Part shown: positions 39,418-48,057 of the stretch, piece after piece
Layout: the number at the start of each line of letters is the position of its first letter
Position numbering within the stretch: position 1 is the first letter of the stretch
Assembly (NCBI GenBank): GCA_965203355.1
Contig: OZ241889.1
Span: 1,824,001-1,888,000, forward strand
Direction: 5' to 3'
DNA: 64,000 nucleotides
Origin: Candidatus Latescibacterota bacterium
GTDB lineage: Bacteria > Latescibacterota > UBA2968 > UBA8231
The notes under the pieces: generated by a model
Seen by the model: the letters and a program-made list of their open reading frames with translations, nothing else
Told to the model about the DNA's origin: nothing
The model's database searches: none
Made by a program: the position numbers and the translations under genes

Positions 39418-41049
39418 CTACTCCGGTGTGAGGCGATTAACACCCCGGTGAATAGTGTAGTGATGGTCGGCGGATACAGCGCGGAAGACTTGGCGTTCGC
39501 CGCTCGGCCACGCGACTTCGATATCGGCCTTAGAAACGGTCCCCAAGCCGAAGTGCAAGCGCGTATCGCTCTGGGCTTGAAAGCTAGAGCCGGTCAGCAC
39601 TTCGCGCATCTGGTGTAGGCCACCAGCACGGACCCACACACGTGCGCCGATGGCCTCGGTGGCTTCTTGGCGCAGCGTCAATAGCAGATAGTGGCCTTTG
39701 TCTGCGACATCGTTGCGCAAGAGGGAGGGAGAGGCGTCGAGATTGGCGACGAGGATGTCGAGGTCGCCGTCGTCATCGTAATCGCCGCAGGCTGCGCCGC
39801 GGCTGACCTGCTCGGTTGCGAGAGCCGGTTCGTTGGCGATTTCCCGAAAGCGCCCATCGCCCAAGTTGCGGTAGAGTTGGTTGCGCTGGCGGTAGCGGAG
39901 ACCTCCGCCCCCCCTTTCAATGGCCGGCATGAGGTGGCCGTTGGCGACGAAGAGGTCTTGCCAGCCGTCGTGGTCGTAGTCGAAGAAGAAGGTGCCCCAG
40001 CCCATAAAAGGGCGGCTGCTGCTGGCTAGGCCGGCGCGTCCGCTGATGTCGGCGAAAAACCCATCCCCTTCGTTGCGGTAGAGGGTGTTGTGGTCTTGGG
40101 AGAAGTTGGTCGCGAGAATGTCCACCTGTAGGTCATTGTCATAGTCAGCCAAGGCCACCCCCATGCCGGCTTGAGCGCGCCCATTGCCGCTATAGGCCGT
40201 GCCGGTCGCCAGCGAGACATTGACGAAGTGACCTCCATCATTGCGAAAGAAGCTATTGGGATGCCCATCGTTGGCGACATAGAGGTCGGAGTCGCCGTCG
40301 CCATCTAAGTCGGACCAAGCTACTCCCATGCCGTAGTAATTCGGGCCGCGAATTCCCGCTGATAAGCTGGCATCGGTAAAGGTGCCATCGCCTTCGTTGC
40401 GGTAGAGCAGGTCTGGTTGAGCTTGGGCACCGCTTGGGCCGCAGGCTGCGGGCACTCCGTTGTGCTGACACCAACGGTCGTAAAAGGGCGGGCCATCGAG
40501 TGCAAACGCTATGTAGTTGGCGACATAGAGGTCGAGGTCGCCGTCGCGGTCGTAGTCGGCAAAAGCCGCGCCGATTCCCCAGCCTGCCGAACCGAGGCCG
40601 GCCAGGGCCGTGGCGTCTCTGAAGGGGCCGTCGCTTTCGTTGGCCAAAAGCACATCTCGGCCCCAACGGGTGAGGTAGAGGTCGGGATCGCCGTCGCCGT
40701 CGTAGTCAGCAAAGGCCACGCCCATATTCCAGCCGCCTATCCCCGTGCCAGAGTTTGCTGTTTCGTCGCTAAATGCGCCATGGCCTATCCCACGGTAAAG
40801 CGCGGTGCCCGCTGTCGAGTCGGGGCGGACGCCGCTGGTGAGAAAGAGATCGAGTTGGCCGTCGCTGTCGTAGTCCCAAAAGCCGCCGCCGGCCGATTGG
40901 GTCTCGATGATGTACTTCTTGTCGGCTCCGCCGGACTGGTTGATGAAGGCAATGCCGGCTGCTTGGGTCACGTCGGTAAAAAGCGGCCCAGTACCGAAGA
41001 CCGGTGCCGCGCAAGCAAGCAGCAAAAGAGCTTGGAGGTAGCTAGACAA
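39418..41049 (-). CDS. CRTAC1-family FG-GAP/ASPIC-UnbV protein
   Basis: FTDVT..AGI, KKYIIET, DYD.DGD repeats, AIGARV, SFQAQSD.RLHFGLG, WPSG. Confidence 0.9.
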   Translation of the reverse strand: MSSYLQALLLLACAAPVFGTGPLFTDVTQAAGIAFINQSGGADKKYIIETQSAGGGFWDYDSDGQLDLFLTSGVRPDSTAGTALYRGIGHGAFSDETANSGTGIGGWNMGVAFADYDGDGDPDLYLTRWGRDVLLANESDGPFRDATALAGLGSAGWGIGAAFADYDRDGDLDLYVANYIAFALDGPPFYDRWCQHNGVPAACGPSGAQAQPDLLYRNEGDGTFTDASLSAGIRGPNYYGMGVAWSDLDGDGDSDLYVANDGHPNSFFRNDGGHFVNVSLATGTAYSGNGRAQAGMGVALADYDNDLQVDILATNFSQDHNTLYRNEGDGFFADISGRAGLASSSRPFMGWGTFFFDYDHDGWQDLFVANGHLMPAIERGGGGLRYRQRNQLYRNLGDGRFREIANEPALATEQVSRGAACGDYDDDGDLDILVANLDASPSLLRNDVADKGHYLLLTLRQEATEAIGARVWVRAGGLHQMREVLTGSSFQAQSDTRLHFGLGTVSKADIEVAWPSGERQVFRAVSADHHYTIHRGVNRLTPE

Positions 41050-41058
41050 AAAACCTTC

Positions 41059-43158
41059 CTATGGTGCTTTGAGCCGGCGATAGGCTTCGTCGAGCAGGTG
41101 CTGCGCGTGGGGGAAGGGGCCGCTCGCCAGCACTTGCCTCAGTCGGTCAATAGCCGCGGTATGATTTCCATTTTCCAGTTCGATGAGCGCGAGGTTGACG
41201 TGGACGTCCGGGTTGTCTGCATCCAGTTCTAGGGCTTGAAGAAAGTGCGTTCGCGCCGCTTGGGTTCGCCCGGCGAGCAGGTGCAGGGCGCCGATAGCGT
41301 TTAGGACTTCGGGCCGTCTTGCGAGAGACAGGGCTTGGTGGTATTGGCCCAGTGCGGCATCGGCTTGCCCGGCCCGCTGGAAGGCTCTTCCCAGTTCGTA
41401 GTGTAGCCAGAAGTTCTGAGGCTGCCAAGAAAGTGCCTGTTGCAAATGGGTTGCAGCCTCGGCATGGTGCCCTTGGCGGTAGAGTAGGCGACCGTAGTAG
41501 TAGTGAACCATGCCGGACTCTGGATCGCGTTCTAGAACGTGGCGCAAATGTGCTGCGGCTTGCTGTGGTTTATTGGTCGCTAGGTAAATTCGGCCTAGAA
41601 GAACGCGCGTGTCGGTGCGCCGGGGATTTTCCGCCAGGGTCTGAAGGGCCTCGCGTTCGCTTGCCCCATAGTGCTCTTGGTGGAAATACGCCACGGCTAG
41701 ATTGTGCCGGGCGTAATTATACTCTGGGTCCAATTCCAGGGCCCGGCGCGAGTAACGCGCAGACAGGGCGTAGTCTTGTTTGCGCAGGTGGACCTCGCCG
41801 AGGTCGAAGTAGAGCTGAGCGTCTTCTTCAGTCGGCGCGGCCTCGGCGAGGTTACACAGGACTAATAGGCCCCCGAGAGGAAGGGCAAGTACTGTAGTGC
41901 GGATATAGGCCCGGCGGCGCACACCTAAGTAGAGTTGAAAGGCGGCAAAAGCAGCAAAAGCGATCAACACTGGCACGACTGGCATGCGGTAGCGGGCTGC
42001 CGGAAAAAAGAGTACGATTGAAGCCGTGTACACGAGAGCGTAGAGCCGCAGCAAGGCAATCGGCGGCGTCCACTTTCCCCTCATGCTCAGCCCTAAGCCG
42101 AGCAAGCTCAGCGGGCCGATCAGGCCGAAGGGGAGCGACACGTGCCAGTCCCAGAGCAAGAGACTCAAAATTCGCGAGTGTTGGCGGGCGTAGTATATGT
42201 CTTGATTGCGCTTGGTCTCTGGGCCGCTCCAAAAGTGGAATACCTTTTTGCCGAGCAGGCCGAGATAATCGAGGGGCTGCGTGGTCATATAATCGAGAGA
42301 TTTGCCCAAGAAAAAGGCCGATTGGGCGGCTGCGGTCTTATGTCCAGAGTTTTCCGCCTCGGCGATCATGGTTTCCCACTGCATACCCGGACGCAGCGAG
42401 ACCGTGCGCTCGTAGTCTGCGTTGTTACCGATGTAGAAATTGACGCCGGCATTGGAAGAGATAAAGACGAGGTCCGATTCAATAGTCCAGTTGCGATAGG
42501 TAACGGGCAGAATAACCAAGGCTATGGGGATGATAAAAGAGAACAGGGAACGATAGGCCGATGTGCGCCGGTGCCATAGTTTCCAAGCGCAAAAGGCCGC
42601 GATAAAGAGCAAGATGTTGGGGCGAGTGAGAGCCGCAAGACCCGCGATGAGGCCGGTTAGTACCCAATAGCGTGCATGATCGCGTCTCCAGGCGATCAAC
42701 AGGCCGTATAGGAGCAGGAGATTGAGGAAGACCTCTACCGGCACGGCCAAAAGCTCACCCTCAAAGTAAAGTAGGGAACCGCATAAGGCTGTCATGACGC
42801 CGGCGATGCGGCCGACCTGCTCGCCAAAGGCGTGCCGGGCCAATGCGTACACCAATAAGCAGGAAAGAACGCCGAGGCCCACGTGTACGAGCCGGATGCC
42901 GACGAAGTAAGAAGCTGGCAGGAGCCAGCAAACGAGTGTCAGCAGGTAGATGTAGAGGGGGGATTGCCAATACGGTTCGTCCCCGCCCCAAAATGCACCG
43001 CCAGCAAGAAGGGCCTGTGCTTGTTTGAGAAAAGTCTGGGCGTCAACTATGGGCGCGTCGAAGAAGGGGCTGGCGCGATGTTCCCACAAATAGCCCAGCC
43101 GCAGTGCGAGGGCGACTAGTAGGAGCGCGATAAAAAAAAACTGGGGGCTGCGCGCCAT
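41059..43158 (-). CDS. GT39/ArnT-like glycosyltransferase fused to TPR repeats
   Basis: PIVDA, PYWQSPLY, LTRPN, NAGVNFYIGNN, ARYRMP; C-terminal TPRs. Confidence 0.85.
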   Translation of the reverse strand: MARSPQFFFIALLLVALALRLGYLWEHRASPFFDAPIVDAQTFLKQAQALLAGGAFWGGDEPYWQSPLYIYLLTLVCWLLPASYFVGIRLVHVGLGVLSCLLVYALARHAFGEQVGRIAGVMTALCGSLLYFEGELLAVPVEVFLNLLLLYGLLIAWRRDHARYWVLTGLIAGLAALTRPNILLFIAAFCAWKLWHRRTSAYRSLFSFIIPIALVILPVTYRNWTIESDLVFISSNAGVNFYIGNNADYERTVSLRPGMQWETMIAEAENSGHKTAAAQSAFFLGKSLDYMTTQPLDYLGLLGKKVFHFWSGPETKRNQDIYYARQHSRILSLLLWDWHVSLPFGLIGPLSLLGLGLSMRGKWTPPIALLRLYALVYTASIVLFFPAARYRMPVVPVLIAFAAFAAFQLYLGVRRRAYIRTTVLALPLGGLLVLCNLAEAAPTEEDAQLYFDLGEVHLRKQDYALSARYSRRALELDPEYNYARHNLAVAYFHQEHYGASEREALQTLAENPRRTDTRVLLGRIYLATNKPQQAAAHLRHVLERDPESGMVHYYYGRLLYRQGHHAEAATHLQQALSWQPQNFWLHYELGRAFQRAGQADAALGQYHQALSLARRPEVLNAIGALHLLAGRTQAARTHFLQALELDADNPDVHVNLALIELENGNHTAAIDRLRQVLASGPFPHAQHLLDEAYRRLKAP

Positions 43159-43196
43159 AGCGTTAGGATGATGAGGGAAAATTACGCAAGCGTTTT

Positions 43197-43244
43197 ACGA
43201 CGCGCCTTTGTCCGACTCTGAAGGAATGGGCAAAGGCGCGTCGT
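43197..43244. terminator. Strong hairpin just downstream of the minus-strand CTD gene
   Basis: ACGACGCGCCTTTG...CAAAGGCGCGTCGT perfect 14-bp stem. There is no U-tract on the minus strand, so it may be a stabilising or processing stem rather than a terminator. Confidence 0.55.
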
Positions 43245-43249
43245 TTTGG

Positions 43250-45904
43250 TCAATAGGCCAGCGATAAGGTTCCCGAACGCTCAGTCGAGACGTTGTCCAA
43301 GTCGATGGCGAGCCGATAGAGATAGATGCCCGGAGGGGCGACTTGACCTTGGTCATCGCGGCCATCCCACTCGACTTGGAAACTGCCCGCGGTTGAGCCG
43401 CCGGTCTGGACTTGGGCGATGAGGCGACCAGACAGGTCGTAGATTTCGAGTTGGACATCAACCTGATTGAGAACGAGAAAAAGGTCGAAGGAAAACGTGA
43501 CTTTGTCGTTAATGCCATCGCCATTGGGGGTAAAGGGATTTGGGGCGATGTGGGGAGCCCTGACGATTTGGTTGATCTCGTCGGCGACTACGAGGAGAGC
43601 ATTGGTGGCTATGTCGGGCGTGGCATCCCCATCCTCGGTCGGTTGCGGAATGAATTCGACATCGAAGCCGCCTTGGTCATTCCACACCGAGCTGGTGAAT
43701 TCTTCTGAGCCGCGAAAGAGCTTGGAACGGAAGACGATCTCGATGTTCTGGTCGAATCGGAAGTGCTCGGCACCCATCAGGGGCAGCTTAATATGCAGTT
43801 TGGACGACCCCGTGAGCGGATTTGTAACTATGCTCTGGGCAAATTGTCCTAAACTGTCAGTGCGGCCCTCTGCTGGGGCGAGACGGGTGGGATGAATATC
43901 GCTCAGAGGATCGGTCCCCGTACCAGCGGCGATTTCGGCCCAGTCTTGGCCATCGAAACGCAAGGTATCGATGCGCGTATCTGCGCTGGGAACGGCAATC
44001 TCGATCCGGTTGAAGGAGGTAGTCTCGCCGTTTTTGAAGAATGGCCGGACAAAGTAGCGGAAGGTCGTCTCCTCGCCCAAGGAGACTCGCGGGGGAAAGA
44101 TTTCGGCGACAATTCCCCCTGAGACCAGTGGCGCGTCATAGTCGAATTCGATGAAGTCCAATAGGGCCGCGCTATGCTGGGAGGAGTCAAAAAAGATGCG
44201 GAACTGGATGTAGCGAGTTCCCCCGGGCAAGGGCAGTTGGACGCCGGTGTTTTGCCATTCGGATTCGGGCAAGCTCTCGTCGATGAGGGCGTCTTCGAGC
44301 TTGAAAGGCGCCGACCAGAAGCTCCAGCCTAGGCGACCGTCGTCACCTAGGTCGACACCTAGCTCATTGTATTGAAGTTCGCGCTCGGGGACTCGGCCTT
44401 CGGGAAGCTTGATCCAGGAAAACAGATCGAGAAGATTGCCATTCTCGTCTTGGGTATCCGAAAGTCCCGGCCCCAAACGGCGGGCGTATATGTGGGTATC
44501 GAGGGTGTTGCCAACGCGGAACTGGATACGGACATCGCCATCGCGGCCGTTGCGTTTCCCACGCCAGCGCACCTTGCCCCAGTTGACTTGGTCCCCGACA
44601 ACATCGAGGGGAAACTGGTTTTCATAAGCCGTGCGCTCCGAGCCAGCGAACTGCTCTATCTCTCGGTCGTAGCGCCGAATGCGCGGAGTGGGTGTGCCCA
44701 CGTCGATGATGGCCGAGGTGTATCGCCCGTCGATGGCATAGCCGTCCCCGAAATAGCCAGCTTCGGCGGTCTCGACGTAGGTGCCTCTGGGATCGACCGA
44801 GACTACGTCGAGCCGGCCGGCGACAAAGGGCTGATCGAATTGGATATCCTTGATCACTGGGTTGAATTGACCTCGGACGGTCTGGACAAGCGTCCGGTCC
44901 GCTTGGATGGTCTCGGATCGGCTATTGATGGTGGTGTGGTCGCCGTAGCTGATGCGGTAGTTGGCGATGGTGCTGGCGGGCAAGGTCGGCCGCGGGCGAA
45001 AGACGATGCGGTTGAGATAGTAGTAGCCCATTAAGTTGATGCCGACGCCACCTCGGTTGTCGATGGCGGAGCCGTATGCCGTCTGTAGATTGCCGTCGAC
45101 AGATTTTTCTGCATCAACGCGGCCGACTACCTGTGCGGTCGCCCAGTGGTCGGCCGAAATCGGGTCGGCGATCTCACGACGAAAGCCGTATTCACTCGGC
45201 ACCACCATAAATGGACGCTGGGGATCTTTGCCGGGAATGATACCACCGAACTCACCGGCCTTGAAGCGCTGGTTGAGTAGATAGGCGAGGTTTCGCAGAC
45301 TGTCGAGACGCACCGGCCGTAGCCAAGTGGTGACATCTTGACCGTGCTCGGGTAATGGCGGGTCTTCGTCGATGAGTCCATCGCCATCGTCATCGCTTCC
45401 GTTGACAGGATCCTCGTTGAGTCGTCCGTCCCAATCGTCGTCAAAGGGAGTGTACAATCCGTCCTCATTGAGTTGACCGTCGCCGTCATTGTCGAATTGA
45501 GAATCTGGCCCGTCCTCGTCAATAAGTCCGTCGAGATCGTTATCGAAAAATTCCGGCGGGTCTTCGTCGATGAGTCCATCGCCATCGTCATCGCTTCCGT
45601 TGACAGGATCCTCATTGAGCTGACCATCTTCGTCGTTATCAACTTGCTCGTCAATGGGGTCCTCGTTGATCAGCGCATCGCCGTCATTGTCGACCAACTC
45701 GACGGGGTCTTCGTCGATGAGTCCGTCACCATCGTCATCGGCGATAAGTTCGACCGCCCAACTGCGACCAAGGTCGAGGCGACCGGTGACCGGCCGTAGA
45801 GTCCAAGGATGTACATCGTCGCCGATTCGCCACCGCTTGACTTCGGCATAGCCGTTGCAGAGTGCAAACGCGACACCGAGTACCGCTACTAATAACCTGA
45901 TCAT
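43250..45904 (-). CDS. Large secreted protein with DxDGDGxIDED repeats and CHU_C/FlgD-Ig CTD
   Basis: RBS GGAGG, signal peptide, about 8 acidic repeats, PNPFTPNGDGINDKV..WDGRDDQGQVAPPGIY..LSLAY. Confidence 0.78.
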   Translation of the reverse strand: MIRLLVAVLGVAFALCNGYAEVKRWRIGDDVHPWTLRPVTGRLDLGRSWAVELIADDDGDGLIDEDPVELVDNDGDALINEDPIDEQVDNDEDGQLNEDPVNGSDDDGDGLIDEDPPEFFDNDLDGLIDEDGPDSQFDNDGDGQLNEDGLYTPFDDDWDGRLNEDPVNGSDDDGDGLIDEDPPLPEHGQDVTTWLRPVRLDSLRNLAYLLNQRFKAGEFGGIIPGKDPQRPFMVVPSEYGFRREIADPISADHWATAQVVGRVDAEKSVDGNLQTAYGSAIDNRGGVGINLMGYYYLNRIVFRPRPTLPASTIANYRISYGDHTTINSRSETIQADRTLVQTVRGQFNPVIKDIQFDQPFVAGRLDVVSVDPRGTYVETAEAGYFGDGYAIDGRYTSAIIDVGTPTPRIRRYDREIEQFAGSERTAYENQFPLDVVGDQVNWGKVRWRGKRNGRDGDVRIQFRVGNTLDTHIYARRLGPGLSDTQDENGNLLDLFSWIKLPEGRVPERELQYNELGVDLGDDGRLGWSFWSAPFKLEDALIDESLPESEWQNTGVQLPLPGGTRYIQFRIFFDSSQHSAALLDFIEFDYDAPLVSGGIVAEIFPPRVSLGEETTFRYFVRPFFKNGETTSFNRIEIAVPSADTRIDTLRFDGQDWAEIAAGTGTDPLSDIHPTRLAPAEGRTDSLGQFAQSIVTNPLTGSSKLHIKLPLMGAEHFRFDQNIEIVFRSKLFRGSEEFTSSVWNDQGGFDVEFIPQPTEDGDATPDIATNALLVVADEINQIVRAPHIAPNPFTPNGDGINDKVTFSFDLFLVLNQVDVQLEIYDLSGRLIAQVQTGGSTAGSFQVEWDGRDDQGQVAPPGIYLYRLAIDLDNVSTERSGTLSLAY
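45357..45613. repeat. Exact 59-bp direct repeat within the CDS (45357-45415 and 45555-45613)
   Basis: GGCGGGTCTTCGTCGATGAGTCCATCGCCATCGTCATCGCTTCCGTTGACAGGATCCTC occurs twice, encoding EDPVNGSDDDGDGLIDEDPP. Confidence 0.9.
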
Positions 45905-46038
45905 TGAATACCTCCGCGCAAGAATGTAAGCCCTTGGCTACCTACGACGAGTAGAACAAGAGTGCCGAGGGTAGTTATGCACACCAATCCAGTCCCATCG
46001 GCCGGTCTAATTACGCATTTTGGACGTTCTACTATTCT

Positions 46039-46067
46039 ATTATATAGTATAGTATTAAACATCTCAA
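46039..46067 (-). promoter_or_regulatory. Sigma70 promoter for the 45904 gene
   Basis: Minus strand TTGAGA-17 nt-TATAAT. Confidence 0.7.
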
Positions 46068-46261
46068 GATAGTCTAATCGGGCCGACGAGTGCTGAAAAA
46101 GAGGGGATTTTGTCGTCAATCGCTCAGATAATCACTGCGGTTGAGGTACAGATGAAGTAATTTGCAACGATTTACACGGGGTCTAAATAACCCTAACTCA
46201 CTGTTATTTATTGGACTTATCTGTCATGGATTCATTGTCTTACGGCTACCTCTAATATATC

Positions 46262-46290
46262 TTGACACGTCTTAGGCCATTGATTATCAT
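46262..46290 (+). promoter_or_regulatory. Sigma70 promoter for the 46333-54830 operon
   Basis: TTGACA-17 nt-TATCAT. Confidence 0.72.
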
Positions 46291-46332
46291 ACAGCCTTAT
46301 ATATTGAAAGTCATCCAAAAACGAATAAAAGG

Positions 46333-47280
46333 TTGTTGGTTGAGGTGTTGGGGTCGCGTTTATTTTTTTTGACAATAGTGCTACAGATAACAGTAGGCTC
46401 GGCCAAACCGGTTTTGGGGCATTATCCCGAAGGAGTGGGCTACAGAGCCTTTCAATTTCCCGATCATTTGGTTCCCGTCATTGACGGCGATTTGAAGGAT
46501 TGGGAAGTTGTAGGCGACTCCTACGCCATATTAACGGGTCAATTTCACGACCTGATTAATCCAGAAGTTGAGGCGAGCGATTCGGATGATTTTGCTGCTC
46601 GTCTTATGGTAGGGTGGAATAAAGCGGAAAACAAGCTCTACATTGCCGCTCAGGTTCGCGATGATATCCACCAGATTGATCGTCTCGCCGGTAGTACTAC
46701 GATGCTTTTCCAAGACGACGCGATGGAATTGTTTATTGACGCGGACCACTCCGGTGGACAATTCGCTAATTTCACTGAGTTGAGCCAAGAAGAGCAACGG
46801 CGGCGCAATGGAGTTGAAGCCAACCACTTCGCTGTGGCTGGCCCGCCGCCTGACGAGGATTTTTTCGTCAATTTTTCTGCCGCTGCTTGGTACGCGCTAT
46901 CCGATGGTCCTTATACCGAGGCGGCGGTCGAGTTTATAGGTGTCTTGGGAGGAGAAGGAGTGACAAACTATGAAATCATGCTCATACCCTTTGACCGGGT
47001 CAATATTAATGCAGCCTTTCAAAGCGAAGAGCATGTCTTGCGGGAAAATGAAATCCTTGGTTTTAACATAGAGTTCAACGATTTTGACGTACATTCAGAG
47101 CTTTTTGATGCTAAGTGGTCGCTTTCGGGCCAACACAATTCGTATCGCTTTTCCGATCGCTTTGCTGACTTGATCTTGATGCCGCTAGAGGGTACATTTA
47201 CGGCCGTTGAGTCGATATCTTGGGGGCGCTTAAAAGCCTCTTTGCACACCGACCGGTACTACCGAGGAGTGTCAGAATGA
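46333..47280 (+). CDS. Secreted CBM9/DOMON-like protein with SWGxxK tail (paralog of 20604)
   Basis: PVIDGDLKDW, MVGWN, FQDDAMELFIDADHSGG, YEIMLIPFD, GFNIEFNDFD; TAVESISWGRLKASL. TTG start uncertain. Confidence 0.7.
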   Translation: MLVEVLGSRLFFLTIVLQITVGSAKPVLGHYPEGVGYRAFQFPDHLVPVIDGDLKDWEVVGDSYAILTGQFHDLINPEVEASDSDDFAARLMVGWNKAENKLYIAAQVRDDIHQIDRLAGSTTMLFQDDAMELFIDADHSGGQFANFTELSQEEQRRRNGVEANHFAVAGPPPDEDFFVNFSAAAWYALSDGPYTEAAVEFIGVLGGEGVTNYEIMLIPFDRVNINAAFQSEEHVLRENEILGFNIEFNDFDVHSELFDAKWSLSGQHNSYRFSDRFADLILMPLEGTFTAVESISWGRLKASLHTDRYYRGVSE

Positions 47281-48023
47281 TGGGTTTTACGCGAGTATTA
47301 TTCTTGGCCTTGATTATCGGCTCGGGTGTGTTGGGCTGTGGATATAGCTATTACACGGGGCAGTTACAGCCCGGCCAAGATCAGGCCTCGTCTATCAGTG
47401 TGGCAGATGATGGGACGCTGACCTTTGTCCAGGATCGCTTTGAAGTGCGGCTCAAGCCTATGACTGACGAGGAGTTGAACCGCCAGTTTTTCAATAATTC
47501 CCAAGCGGGTCCTAAGTCCACAAACCCCTATACCTTTGGCAATACGGTATTTTGGGGGACCGACGAAGAAAAACAGCGCTTCACTGTCTTCCGCCTCGGC
47601 GTTAAGAATTACGCTTATCCTAAAGTCAAGATTGATCCGAGCAAAATCGTTGTCAAAGCGAGCAATAAGCGCGAGTATTGGAGCCTTAACTTTGCGCAAC
47701 TCGACACGTATTATCGCGCCTATGCCATAGGCTATAGAGGCAACGAATATGCTCGCTATCAGGAGCGTCGCGACTTGCTGCGGCGGACGATGCTCAAAGA
47801 CGAGGAAATCTTCAGCGGCCAAGAGTCGGAAGGCTTTGTTATTTTTCCCGTGCTCCACCCCGACGTGAGTGATATCGAAGTCCAAGTGCTCGATGTAGTC
47901 CTGAGATTTGACTTTCGCAATGAGCCGGTGGAGACCACCAATATTTCCTATAAATTCATCCGAGATATAGGTAAGATCTACAAGGACGGTACAGTCGTTC
48001 CTAAAGTCGCTAAGGCAAACTAG
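47277..48023 (+). CDS. Hypothetical lipoprotein (paralog of 30346-31104)
   Basis: ATG overlaps the upstream stop; lipobox VLGC; same VADDGT, PMTDEELNRQF, NPYTFGN, QRFTVFR motifs. Confidence 0.75.
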   Translation: MMGFTRVLFLALIIGSGVLGCGYSYYTGQLQPGQDQASSISVADDGTLTFVQDRFEVRLKPMTDEELNRQFFNNSQAGPKSTNPYTFGNTVFWGTDEEKQRFTVFRLGVKNYAYPKVKIDPSKIVVKASNKREYWSLNFAQLDTYYRAYAIGYRGNEYARYQERRDLLRRTMLKDEEIFSGQESEGFVIFPVLHPDVSDIEVQVLDVVLRFDFRNEPVETTNISYKFIRDIGKIYKDGTVVPKVAKAN

Positions 48024-48057
48024 CCTTTAAGCGAGACTACCAAGGAGGAGTTGCATT

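Noticed and set aside
45357-45760. Direct repeats as a possible CRISPR array
   Set aside because: Only two exact copies, in frame within a CDS encoding acidic peptide repeats; no cas genes.
46120-46225. Short inverted repeats (CAGATAA/TTATCTG; TAAATAA/TTATTTA) in the divergent promoter region as a second inverton
   Set aside because: Only 7 bp in AT-rich DNA, with no matching spacers and no enclosed promoter; at most transcription-factor sites.
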